Position numbers and translations under genes: made by a program
Assembly (NCBI GenBank): GCA_963827685.1
Contig: CAWHBU010000006.1
Location: 192,001 to 256,000, forward strand
Reading direction: 5' to 3'
From: an uncultured delta proteobacterium
GTDB lineage: Bacteria; Desulfobacterota; BSN033; UBA1163
Length of the DNA: 64,000 nucleotides
Shown here: one piece after another, positions 29,842 to 39,457 of the stretch
How positions within the stretch are numbered: position 1 is the stretch's first letter
Layout of the letters: each line of letters opens with the position of its first letter
Notes under the pieces: generated by a model
Database searches by the model: none
Told to the model about the DNA's origin: nothing
The model's input: the letters and a program-made list of their open reading frames with translations, nothing else

Positions 29842-32355
29842 ATGAGCGGAACTTTTCGCCTTCCTCTCATCCCTATTTTCGTCGTTTATGCCCTTGGCAT
29901 TTATTTTGGCCATTTTGACCTTCCTCTCCTTCCTCAAAGAAACATTCCTCTCTTTATACTCTTGGGTTTTTGGATTCTGCTGCTCGTCATAAAAAGAGCT
30001 CGAATGGGTTCTTGGGCGGCGTTCGCTGTTTTCTTCGTTCTCGGAATTTTTTCAATCCAGCTCTATCTCCATCCGCAACACTCCCCCTCTCACATCTCCC
30101 ATTTCACGGGCCTGGAAAGAATCTCATTGGAGGGAATTATCGATCGTCCCCCTGAACACTCCCAAGAAAGAACCCAATTGCTTATTCGTTCGCAAAAGGT
30201 CATTCTGCCGAACAGCCGCATTCCTGTGGACGGTCTTCTCCTTATCTTCCTTAAAGAGAAGAACCCCTCACTTCGAGTGGGGGATCGCCTTCGGCTTTCT
30301 TGTAGACTTTATCCCCCTCGTGGATTTCATAACCCAGGTGGATTTTCTTACGAACGCCATCTTGCCCTTGAACGGATCCACACCATTGGATTCTTATCCG
30401 AGAAGAAAGCGTGGGTCAAATTGGGGGAGGGGTTTAAAAATCCTGTTACCCGACAGGTAGAGCGCTGGCGGGATCGTATCCGGGATTTTCTGAATCGAGA
30501 AGCCAATCCTCCCGCTTCGAGTATCTTCAAGGCCCTTGTCTTGGGTGAACAGGGCGATATTCCAGAAGCGATAAAGGAATATTTTATTCTTACCGGGACA
30601 GCTCATCTTCTGGCCATTTCAGGAGATCAATTCGGAATTGTTGCCCTCCTTTCCTTCTCTCTGCTGATCTGGATTTTAAAGCGTTCAGAATTTCTTCTTC
30701 TCTCTATCTCCGTTAAGAAGTGGGCGGCTGGCCTGACAATCCCCTGCATCGTCCTCTATGCGTTCATCGCAGGCGGAGGGATTTCGGTGGTCCGAGCCGC
30801 CATCATGGTGATCACCTTCCTCTTTTCCATCTTGCTCAATCGGGAGAGAAACCTGATCCACACACTCGCGCTGGCTGCCTTTCTCATCCTCATCTTTTCA
30901 CCTCCTTCCCTTTTCGATGTTTCCTTCCAGCTTTCCTTCCTCGCCGTTCTTTCGATCCTTTTTCTCGTGCCACGCATCCTTCAAGAGTTCAAACAAGAGG
31001 GAATTTCCCTTCTTCTAAAAACCTCTTGGAAGAAGAATCTCTCTAAATATATCATGCTCTCCCTTCTCGTCACAGGAGTGGCCATCATAGGGACTGCACC
31101 TTTTGTTGCCCTCCATTTCAACCGTTTCGCTCCCATTGGATTCTTCACCAACCTCTTCATCGTCCCCTGGGTGGGCTTCCTGATCGTCCCGCTGAGTCTC
31201 GCCGCTTCCATCTTCTCTTTTTTCTTCACTCCCTTCGCTACCCTCCTGATCAACATCAATAGTTTCATCACCCTGATTCTCCTCCAAGTATTGGCCTTTT
31301 TTGCCTCCCTACCTTTTGCTTCATTCTTTGTCTCAACCCCAAGCATTTTTGAAATTGTCCTTTTTTACCTTCTCCTTTTCCTCGTCGTTCACATTAAGAA
31401 ACGGAGGATGACCCGATATCTTTTTGGGGGGGTGTGCGTTATCCTTGCCCTCGATCTGACATTCTGGAATTTGAAAGATTTATTCCAGAAAGATCTCAGG
31501 TTGAGTTTTATAGATGTCGGGCATGGAGATTCCATCCTGATTGAATTCCCGAAGGGGGAAAGAATGCTCATCGATGGAGGAGGTCTTTATGACGATCGTT
31601 TCGATATTGGAAAGAATGTCATCGCCCCCTTTCTGTGGAGCAGGAAGATACGAAGGATCGACACCCTTGTCCTCACCCATCCTGACCCAGACCATTTGAA
31701 AGGTTTAAACTTCATTGCCTCACAGTTTTCAATTGGCCAATTCTGGGATAATGGTTTTCAGACAGAATCAGAGTCCTATCTCCAACTGAGAAAAATTCTT
31801 AAGGAGAAGAAAATCAAGACCCAGTCGCTTAACGAAGAGACACTCCCTCAAATCATCAATGGAGTTGAGATTTCTGTTCTCAATCCACCGGTGTGGAAGG
31901 CAATGGAAAGGAAGGTCCATCATCATCATCATATGGACCTGAACAATTCCTCTCTGGTTCTGAAGCTTCGATTTAAAAATGTTTCTGTCCTCCTGACAGG
32001 GGACATTGGAAAAGAAGCAGAGGAACGGATACTGAGAAAAGATTATCTCCTCAGATCTGATATTTTAAAGATCCCCCATCATGGAAGTTCCTTTTCGAGT
32101 TCCCCGCTTTTTCTGGAAAGGGTGAAACCTACCTATGCCGTTCTCAGTGTGGGCGAAAGGAACATCGGAAGGCTTCCCCATCCAGAAGTATTGAAGAGAT
32201 ACCAACAATTGGGCACGACCCTATTTAGAACTGACAGACACGGCGCCGTCACAGTAAATACAGATGGGGAAAATATTGACGTGAAGACATTTCTTGAAAA
32301 ACGGAAAGGAATATCCCGGAGAGGACCGAATGGGAGCAACTCTGGAAGTGGTTGA
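29842..32355 (+). CDS. comEC: DNA uptake competence protein ComEC/Rec2
   Basis: NPGGF.Y, GTAHLLAISG, SFQLSF, DVGHGD, THPDPDH, PHHGS, RTDRHGAV. Confidence 0.93.
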   Translation: MSGTFRLPLIPIFVVYALGIYFGHFDLPLLPQRNIPLFILLGFWILLLVIKRARMGSWAAFAVFFVLGIFSIQLYLHPQHSPSHISHFTGLERISLEGIIDRPPEHSQERTQLLIRSQKVILPNSRIPVDGLLLIFLKEKNPSLRVGDRLRLSCRLYPPRGFHNPGGFSYERHLALERIHTIGFLSEKKAWVKLGEGFKNPVTRQVERWRDRIRDFLNREANPPASSIFKALVLGEQGDIPEAIKEYFILTGTAHLLAISGDQFGIVALLSFSLLIWILKRSEFLLLSISVKKWAAGLTIPCIVLYAFIAGGGISVVRAAIMVITFLFSILLNRERNLIHTLALAAFLILIFSPPSLFDVSFQLSFLAVLSILFLVPRILQEFKQEGISLLLKTSWKKNLSKYIMLSLLVTGVAIIGTAPFVALHFNRFAPIGFFTNLFIVPWVGFLIVPLSLAASIFSFFFTPFATLLININSFITLILLQVLAFFASLPFASFFVSTPSIFEIVLFYLLLFLVVHIKKRRMTRYLFGGVCVILALDLTFWNLKDLFQKDLRLSFIDVGHGDSILIEFPKGERMLIDGGGLYDDRFDIGKNVIAPFLWSRKIRRIDTLVLTHPDPDHLKGLNFIASQFSIGQFWDNGFQTESESYLQLRKILKEKKIKTQSLNEETLPQIINGVEISVLNPPVWKAMERKVHHHHHMDLNNSSLVLKLRFKNVSVLLTGDIGKEAEERILRKDYLLRSDILKIPHHGSSFSSSPLFLERVKPTYAVLSVGERNIGRLPHPEVLKRYQQLGTTLFRTDRHGAVTVNTDGENIDVKTFLEKRKGISRRGPNGSNSGSG

Positions 32356-32454
32356 TGCCCACTATTTTACGGGCACAACCAGATGTCGATCTTAAATGGC
32401 GGGCCTACCTGTACTCAGTATCATTGCCAAATACACCGGCACACTGCCGGTTGT

Positions 32455-32670
32455 TCATACTCCTCAGGACCCTCCATAACCAACGGTAACCTTGCTTCCC
32501 TCAACAACAACAGGCACGTTCCGAACACCCTTGGAATGCTTTAACATCTCCTCTAATTTTGTATTGTCTGCTTCGACATCATAGTATTTTGCATTATTGC
32601 CATAGGCTGACCTAGCCTTTTCCGTATAGGGTCAACCTCCTTTACCGTAAATAATAACCTTCTCCTTCAT
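32455..32670 (-). CDS. UXX-star-type glutaredoxin-like selenoprotein with two Sec (71 aa); absent from ORF track
   Basis: RBS AAGGAGG; MKEKVIIYGKGG-U-PYTEKAR...RNVPVVVEG.KVTVGYGGS-U-GV*; UGAs at 32632-34 and 32464-66, each followed by a SECIS-like hairpin. Confidence 0.88.
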
Positions 32671-32784
32671 AGGACCTCCTTTTCGTATAGATTGTAATAC
32701 CCAACTAATACTTAAGACTACATTTTTAGTCAAGCATTAAATTTTTTCCTTTTTAACACTTTCAGAAAAGAAATCCACAATTGA

Positions 32785-32813
32785 TTGACAGATTCTACAT
32801 TTCTTGATATAGT
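32785..32813 (+). promoter_or_regulatory. Sigma-70 promoter upstream of riboswitch
   Basis: TTGACA-17 nt-TATAGT with extended TG. Confidence 0.65.
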
Positions 32814-32835
32814 GATAGTCAAATAATTCATAATG

Positions 32836-32922
32836 GGTCACGCGAAAAAGCCAAACCCTTCGTAAGAAGGGGGCGGAAAGCGGCGGGTCTTTTATGACGA
32901 AGATGGCCGAGTTGCCGAAGGT
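32836..32922 (+). promoter_or_regulatory. Cyclic di-GMP-I (GEMM) riboswitch
   Basis: AAGCCAAACCCTTC-GTAA-GAAGGGGGCGGAAAGC..GGGTCT...AGATGGCCGAGTTGCCG; GNRA tetraloop; compensatory C21-G46 pair. Confidence 0.85.
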
Positions 32923-32994
32923 TGAACCTCAGATAGTCCGGCCATTTTGTTTCGCTAATTATTCCTAAGGTGAAGGAACTTAGGAGGTGATACC

Positions 32995-33675
32995 ATGCAA
33001 AAAACAGTTTTAATAGCTGCGTTAACCGTTGCTTTTTTAATGGTCCCTTTCTTAATTCATGCAGAGGTTTATAAATGGATCGACAATAAAGGAACCATCC
33101 ATTTCACCGACAACAATTCCAATGTACCGGAGAAATACCTTCCGGTTGCTGAAACTCAACCGTTCCTAAAAGAGAGCCCTCTTCCAAGCATCCAGGAGAA
33201 ATCAGCTCCTGTTCACGCTCCCAAGAGCTCTGAACCTTTGGGACAGGAACTATCACGATTGTTCAGCGGTTTGATTAATGGAGTTGATGGTTCAGGAAGG
33301 TCCATTACTGTTATGGGCGAGGGGAAGGAGATGGTTTTTACCGTCTCCGAGGATACAAGGATTACAACTGATTATGGAAAGAATGTGTCTTTTAGCGAAT
33401 TAAAAAATGGGAGCCCGGTTACAATCGAATACATAGAAAAGGATGGCGACTATCAAGCACGGAGCGTGAAAGTTAGCCTTTTGTTAGCGGGAACAACAAA
33501 TGCCGTCGAAAACGATCAAGCGGGAAAACCAAATCCTGGGCCTGGGCAATTGGAAAACCCTGGGAAAACTCAAGAGGGTGTCTGGGATGACCAACAAGCA
33601 CATCAAACACTGCCAGACGGAACCCCAACTAAACCACCACAGTTTAAACTACCTAAACAACCATCTAAAAAGTAA
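32995..33675 (+). CDS. Exported DUF4124-domain protein with OB-like second domain
   Basis: Signal peptide, AEVYKWIDNKGTIHFTD...VPEKY; RBS AGGAGG. Confidence 0.8.
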   Translation: MQKTVLIAALTVAFLMVPFLIHAEVYKWIDNKGTIHFTDNNSNVPEKYLPVAETQPFLKESPLPSIQEKSAPVHAPKSSEPLGQELSRLFSGLINGVDGSGRSITVMGEGKEMVFTVSEDTRITTDYGKNVSFSELKNGSPVTIEYIEKDGDYQARSVKVSLLLAGTTNAVENDQAGKPNPGPGQLENPGKTQEGVWDDQQAHQTLPDGTPTKPPQFKLPKQPSKK

Positions 33676-34059
33676 TGTTTTGCTTTGGTCGTTAACAAAG
33701 GACAAGATGTAATACCTCCTTTAGGCTGTGTACATTTCTTCCAGATGCATTTCCGTCTTTTGCTTCGCTACGATCTGGATTAAAACTCCCGTCCTCAGTC
33801 GAAGAATCACACCCAGTTTGCTGTAGACGGGCGATAGCAAATAGAGAGGAAAGCAGAGGAAAAGAGTTATCCGAAAGAAACGAATAAGCCCGCGATAGAT
33901 TGTTTCCCACCCTTCACAAAAGTAAACTTCCCAAAAAATGGAGACAACGATAGCAAAACCAAAATCAGAAAGGCGAGCCAAGCTTCTTTGGGCCACCGAT
34001 GAAAATTCTTTGAAGGCATCAAATGGACCATCCTTCTTCCTACCTATGAGGGAACCCAT

Positions 34060-35241
34060 CTATAGGACAATTAAGGAAATCACCGTTCCTGCCAGGACGA
34101 CCCACAGGATATCTACCTTCAAAATCAGGGCAACAAAGGCTGCGCCTGAAAGAAAAATACGAGGAACATCCCAGGGAATGTCCAAGGCAAATCGGATCGT
34201 TACTGTCAGAAGAAGGCCTACAAAAGAACACAAGATGCCTGTCATAACCTTTTTAAAATACGGAGAACCGCGTAACCGGTCAAAGTAAGGCACGACTCCA
34301 ACAACCATCATGAAAGAAGGCAAAAATACACAGATGGTGGCAATAAGCCCTCCAAGAGGACCTTTCAGCAAATAACCCACGAAGGTTGCCGTCATCACAA
34401 TCGGGCCCGGGGTCACCTGTCCCAGAACGATTCCATCCAGGAGAGTCTGCCCATCTAACCACGAGCGAGCCTCAACCACCTCGTGGTACATCAAAGGAAC
34501 CGAAGCGAATCCACCTCCAAACGCGAATAAATCTATTCTGAACATGAGAGCAGCAAGATCGAACAGGCCCCGGCCGAAAAGGTAAAGCAGGACAAATCCT
34601 AATGCAGCCCCCGATAATAATATAGAAGCAGACCTGAAAGAGGATGATTTTCTTGTTGACGTGCCCATTGGGTTAGGGACAGGCTGTCCGCCAAGAAATA
34701 GAAATCCTAAGAGAGCAGCCAGAACGATTACCAGAATGGGATTGACCTTCCATCCAAACATGGTCGCAGCAATAATGGCAATGACTACGCTTTTCCAGTT
34801 TTTGACGGAAGTCTTGCCAAAAGAAAGCGTAGCATTGGCTACAATGGCAACGATGACGGCCTGAAGCCCCTTGAAGGCTGAAACGACTGCTGGGAGTGTA
34901 TGGGCGCGCTCATATAACGCTGAAAGCACCATCATGAAAAGAAAGGCAGGGAGACCAAACCCTATGAAACTTGCTGCAGCACCCGCCACTCCCTTTGCTC
35001 TTAAACCTACGTAGGCAGACATTTGCATCGCCGTCGCCCCGGGGATCGTCTGACAAAGGGCGACCCCGTCGCGAGCGGATTGATCGTCGAGCCAGTGCTT
35101 CTTTTCAACTGCCATCTTTCGAATGTAAGCAACCATTGCCGGACCACCAAATGCAGTAGCCCCCAGTCTTAAGAATGAAGTGAACAAGCGGAATAATGAT
35201 GGGGTTGGATTGTGATGTTGGTACTGTGCCCGCTCCATCAA
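34060..35241 (-). CDS. chrA: Chromate efflux transporter (long-chain CHR)
   Basis: Two repeats: FLRLGATAFGG..CQTIPG and LFAFGGG..GQVTPGP. Confidence 0.9.
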   Translation of the reverse strand: MMERAQYQHHNPTPSLFRLFTSFLRLGATAFGGPAMVAYIRKMAVEKKHWLDDQSARDGVALCQTIPGATAMQMSAYVGLRAKGVAGAAASFIGFGLPAFLFMMVLSALYERAHTLPAVVSAFKGLQAVIVAIVANATLSFGKTSVKNWKSVVIAIIAATMFGWKVNPILVIVLAALLGFLFLGGQPVPNPMGTSTRKSSSFRSASILLSGAALGFVLLYLFGRGLFDLAALMFRIDLFAFGGGFASVPLMYHEVVEARSWLDGQTLLDGIVLGQVTPGPIVMTATFVGYLLKGPLGGLIATICVFLPSFMMVVGVVPYFDRLRGSPYFKKVMTGILCSFVGLLLTVTIRFALDIPWDVPRIFLSGAAFVALILKVDILWVVLAGTVISLIVL

Positions 35242-35358
35242 GAAATCTCCTCTAACAATTTGAGTATATCAAACGGCTCTATCGACACTTCCTTGACTTC
35301 ACATCATAGCTCGGCCAAATAACGGTACGTTCGAGTAATAGCCTACACCTCGTCCTAT

Positions 35359-36612
35359 TCAGAACATCGGTGTTGGCACAGTGCCCCAACCACTTCCTGT
35401 GGGTGTATCGCGCACCTGGAGAATCTCCCCCGTGTGAAGATGCACGTCAACAAAGAAAACGGGTGTTCGTGTGTTGTTGATATTAAAATCATCGAATGGC
35501 GAGTTAACCTCTCCATCATTGGCGGATACTTCCACAAAAATAATTCTCCGTTTCATTGCCGGGCTGTCGTGCATCCCTGAATGATGAGCCTCCATTGGGG
35601 TATAGTGGGGATGTTCTCCCGTTAAATGACCAAAGGGATGAAGAATATACTCAGTAATCATACCGATGGTTTTATGCTGCTCGAACAGCTTCCATTCCCC
35701 TCCCGTATCGGCGATCATGCCTTGCATCACGTAGTCAATCGGAATGAAATAGGCAAGAAGGCGATGTCCTTTGTGATTTCCAATCGTTTTCAACTTTGAA
35801 GCAACAACAGAATCCCGAAGTACAGGAGGAAGCAGTTGTCTTGCCGTTGTTAAATCTTCTTTTGTTATTGTCATGACATCAACATGGTCGACTTGATCTA
35901 GTGGAAGATGGTGGACTGTGTAGGCTCTTAAAATGAAACCGCTTCCTACTGCAACCACAAGAAATACCAGAAAGATGACAATGGCTTTGCGGACGGTCAG
36001 ACGCTGTTGTGGTTTTCGATTTCCCATCCATACCTTCTCAACAGAATGGGGGAGGAACATTCCCGTCCGATTTATGTAGGCGATGTAGCTTTCTCCGAAA
36101 CGATTGATCATCCGACGTTCCTCGTCTTTAGCAAGAAGGTAATACAAAAAGAGCATGATCGCAAAAAGCCCCAGTGTCAGGAATCTGGGCCACATGATAG
36201 CCAGTCCCAAAGCTGCCAATCCAAGTCCGAGATATTGAGGATGGCGAATAAGGGTATACAATCCTTTTGTGGCCACACCCTTCTTCAGCAACTTACCCAT
36301 GTAAACTTGTACAGCGCAGACGAAAAATATCAGCATCCCGACCACAAAAAACACAGATCCTAAAATACGAAGTACCGTCAACGCCTCATTTGGTGGAACG
36401 ACCATATGAGGAAGAAAAAAAGCCGTCAGCCAGCGAGTCATCCACGATTGATTCAGAACAAGTAAAAACGGGTTGAATGCTGCATAGAAAAAGAACGCAA
36501 AAGGACTGATCATAATGACAATTTCCAGCCCCACGATGAACGAAAGAAGAATAGCGCTAATCGCTGCCACCCTCTTGCCTTTATTGTTATATGACTTTTT
36601 TTGCTGTGCCAT
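35359..36612 (-). CDS. Isoprenylcysteine carboxyl methyltransferase/PEMT-family membrane protein with soluble C-terminal domain
   Basis: TKGLYTLIRHPQY, EERRM..RFGESY..Y...TGMFLP. Confidence 0.8.
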   Translation of the reverse strand: MAQQKKSYNNKGKRVAAISAILLSFIVGLEIVIMISPFAFFFYAAFNPFLLVLNQSWMTRWLTAFFLPHMVVPPNEALTVLRILGSVFFVVGMLIFFVCAVQVYMGKLLKKGVATKGLYTLIRHPQYLGLGLAALGLAIMWPRFLTLGLFAIMLFLYYLLAKDEERRMINRFGESYIAYINRTGMFLPHSVEKVWMGNRKPQQRLTVRKAIVIFLVFLVVAVGSGFILRAYTVHHLPLDQVDHVDVMTITKEDLTTARQLLPPVLRDSVVASKLKTIGNHKGHRLLAYFIPIDYVMQGMIADTGGEWKLFEQHKTIGMITEYILHPFGHLTGEHPHYTPMEAHHSGMHDSPAMKRRIIFVEVSANDGEVNSPFDDFNINNTRTPVFFVDVHLHTGEILQVRDTPTGSGWGTVPTPMF

Positions 36613-36730
36613 TTTGAATCTCCTTTGTATGTATTGTAAGCGCGGATCGTTATGAAGAAAATAGTAAATGGAATATCTTTACAAAACAATCCTACGAATG
36701 GTTTAAATAGATAAATTGCTTTAATGGAAG

Positions 36731-37039
36731 TTAGCAGCGAAGAGGAACAGAATTGAAGGTTAAATTGGAATGAATGGAGTCAGGATCCAAAACCTTGATA
36801 TCGAATGAAGGTGTTGATTCCTTTTCGATTAGAGATGAATTTAAACTTGGGATATCAAAATCATCTTGGGAGACAATCGAATGGAAAAGACAAGAACTGG
36901 CCCTTTGTATTTGCTTGCATTGAGGAAGTGGGCATCGGCTCGATAGTTTTTGAACCAAGTTCATCGGTGTCATCCCAACAAGAACAGGGATGAGTATGAT
37001 TGTGGAGACGAGAAATAATGTTTTGTGTCTGCTTAACAT
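36731..37039 (-). CDS. Small TM/Cys-containing protein ending in ...SVPLRC
   Basis: N-terminal hydrophobic helix, CPLPQC...CLFH, C-terminal LRC; precedes the 35359-36612 gene. Confidence 0.6.
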   Translation of the reverse strand: MLSRHKTLFLVSTIILIPVLVGMTPMNLVQKLSSRCPLPQCKQIQRASSCLFHSIVSQDDFDIPSLNSSLIEKESTPSFDIKVLDPDSIHSNLTFNSVPLRC

Positions 37040-37364
37040 GGAGAACTCAGTCCAGTATAGGACGAACTTAAGCTTAAAACAAGCAACTTTAATACCAAAA
37101 TCTAAGAATCTTTGAAATGAGGAAAATATCAAATAATTGCATGAAGTTAATAATTTCTTGGAAAATCCGGACTTTCGCCCTTTAATCGAATCTTTTCGAC
37201 AATTGAGTCGATGGCAAAAATGCCAAACGTCAAATTTTCGATTTAATACCGTTGCGTTATGAATGTATCGACAAAACTTTCCGCGATCTCGACAAGGCTG
37301 TCGCAGACTCTTCCTTCAAGAATTTAGAAAATGTCCATCACTCCATGTTTAGAAAAACAATAAC

Positions 37365-38393
37365 TTATTCCATTGAGGGCAGTAAAGGAACGTTTAGAAC
37401 ACCTTCAGGAATCTTCCCTGTTAAGGATTTCAAAAATGAAATGATCTCTTCAATCTGGGGTTGAGTGAGATCCTTTCCCAATTGAACTTTGCCCATTATC
37501 CTAACCGCATGCTCAAGTTTGTCAACGGAACCATCGTGAAAGTACGGAGAAGTTTTTGCGACATTTCTTAGCACCGGAACCTTAAATACATATTTATCCA
37601 AATCATTTTTCGTGACCACAAATCTTCCTTCGTCGATCTCTTCGCTCTTAGTATATTTCCAATATGGCTCAAATATTCCAAATTTTTGATACATCTGCCC
37701 CCCAAAGTATGCGCTTGAATGGCAGGTCATACATCCTGTTTCGATGAATGCTTTAAGCCCTCTTTTTTGAGGATTCGTAAGGGCGGCCTGATCCCCTTTT
37801 GCAAAGGCGTCGAAACGAGAAGGGGTAACTAATGTTCTTTCAAAGGCCCCCACTGCCTTCGAGAAGTTATCAACGTTAACCGGATCCTTTTCCCCAGGGA
37901 AGGCCTTTTCGAACAGTGGGGCATACCCCTTTATTTCCTTGAGTTTCTTCTCCACTGCCTCATACGACGGCATCCCAAAAGAGGGTGGCCCGATCACCGA
38001 TTGTTTTGCCTGGTCTTCCACATCTGCCCGGTTTCCTATCCAATGTGCGGAAATCTGTCCTGCTGCATTCAAAACGGTGGGGGCATTTCTCGGATTGACT
38101 TTGCAATTATCCCCTATCGACTTTCTTAATCCATCCGCCGCATATAAACCGATCGGGTGGCATCGAGAACAGCTCACCGTTCCGTCTACAGAAATCCGTG
38201 TCTCGTAAAAAAGCATTTTCCCTAATTTGACCTTTTCAGGGGTAATAGGATTTTTTTCGGATACCATTGCTTTCGGTAACGAGCCGAAAATCTGGTTGGC
38301 CTGTTTTAGCAAGTTTTCATCTCCATCGCTGCCGAATGACATGCCAGCAAGAAACAACGTTGAAATGACGACAATAATCTTTATCTTAAACAT
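37365..38393 (-). CDS. Di-heme cytochrome c peroxidase (CcpA/MauG family)
   Basis: CSRCH and CMTCH, LGKMLFYE.R.S, RNAPTVLNA, FKVPVLRNV..T.PYFHDG. Confidence 0.92.
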   Translation of the reverse strand: MFKIKIIVVISTLFLAGMSFGSDGDENLLKQANQIFGSLPKAMVSEKNPITPEKVKLGKMLFYETRISVDGTVSCSRCHPIGLYAADGLRKSIGDNCKVNPRNAPTVLNAAGQISAHWIGNRADVEDQAKQSVIGPPSFGMPSYEAVEKKLKEIKGYAPLFEKAFPGEKDPVNVDNFSKAVGAFERTLVTPSRFDAFAKGDQAALTNPQKRGLKAFIETGCMTCHSSAYFGGQMYQKFGIFEPYWKYTKSEEIDEGRFVVTKNDLDKYVFKVPVLRNVAKTSPYFHDGSVDKLEHAVRIMGKVQLGKDLTQPQIEEIISFLKSLTGKIPEGVLNVPLLPSME

Positions 38394-38449
38394 GATAACT
38401 TCCTCTCTTTGCTTCCCATGATTAACGCAGCTTGACCCATGCAATTCGT

Positions 38450-39265
38450 CTATTCTTCAAGCAACAAAGGGCTCAAAGATTTCGGTTCGGCGCGGATGCG
38501 TGTCCCTTTGCCGAATCCCCCCGTCCAGTAAAGGCCCAGGTAGCCAATAGTATGCCTGCCCCCCGCGAGCGTGTGACCCCCGGAAAAAAGGAGTTGGAAG
38601 TTTGGCGTGATTTTAAAGAGGCCCCCGAGATTGAAAACTACGAAGGAACGGACATCGTCGCTGCTCTTCCCCTGGGCGAAAATCTCGCCGCCCAGAGTCA
38701 GCCGTTCGCCGAAATCGCGTTGAAGGAGCCACCCGCCAAAGAAGTGATTGCGCTGCTTGGAGGCGGGATTGATGACATAGCCGCCTCCCCCGTAAGTAGT
38801 CCATGCTCCCCAGCTCTTCTGCAGCCATAATGGCAACCTCCACCATGCCTGGCCATTCCCCAAGCCACGATCAGCATCCCCTGTTGGGATCTCGATCATC
38901 GGAAAGATACCCACCATCGGCCAATGGTCCGTTTCTTGAATAAAGCGATATTTTACGCCAAACTCAATATCCCCCAATCCATAAGCGCTGGCGGCGTCTG
39001 CGGGGGAGGCATAGACCATGGGTATGACCAGGTGGACCTGTAGGTTGGGGAGGGCCCCCACGTTGAATTCAAACGCCGGCCCCATAACGTCGGTCTGCTT
39101 GCGCATAGCATCGACGGTGGAAAACAGGTAGACCTCCAGGTGCTTGAATGGTACAGGCTCGGGGTCGTCGGTCAGAAAAGGAGGTCCGGCGAATGCGGTT
39201 GCCGTTAAACCCGGAATCAGCCATAGAAAGAACATGAGGAGAAGTAAGGACCGGAAACCGCGCAT
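38450..39265 (-). CDS. Putative outer-membrane beta-barrel ('transporter'/MetA-pathway-like)
   Basis: Signal peptide, GPPFLTDDP, GLGDIEFGVKYRF, PTGD..RGLG.G. Confidence 0.7.
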   Translation of the reverse strand: MRGFRSLLLLMFFLWLIPGLTATAFAGPPFLTDDPEPVPFKHLEVYLFSTVDAMRKQTDVMGPAFEFNVGALPNLQVHLVIPMVYASPADAASAYGLGDIEFGVKYRFIQETDHWPMVGIFPMIEIPTGDADRGLGNGQAWWRLPLWLQKSWGAWTTYGGGGYVINPASKQRNHFFGGWLLQRDFGERLTLGGEIFAQGKSSDDVRSFVVFNLGGLFKITPNFQLLFSGGHTLAGGRHTIGYLGLYWTGGFGKGTRIRAEPKSLSPLLLEE

Positions 39266-39457
39266 ATGGCCTATTTCATGCAACACTAAAGACTTATGAG
39301 ATAAAGCTACCGAAATATCCTTGAAAAACAAATAAGGTGAATTTTGTATTTTTCAATAAATTGTGATGTATTTTGTGGCCGGGTCTACGTTTCCATCCCG
39401 TCGCCAGACAATGCTAAAGGGGTCATTCCTTGATTTAACTCTCCCATTTCTTTTAAA

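Noticed and set aside
31918-31932. His5 run in ComEC resembling an affinity tag
   Set aside because: Short natural CAT repeat in a variable loop; no vector sequence around it
32836-32922. cGAMP-sensing (GEMM-Ib) riboswitch
   Set aside because: The specificity position is G, not A
33721-34059. 112-aa ORF downstream of chrA
   Set aside because: No recognisable motif or RBS and competing overlapping ORFs; cannot support it
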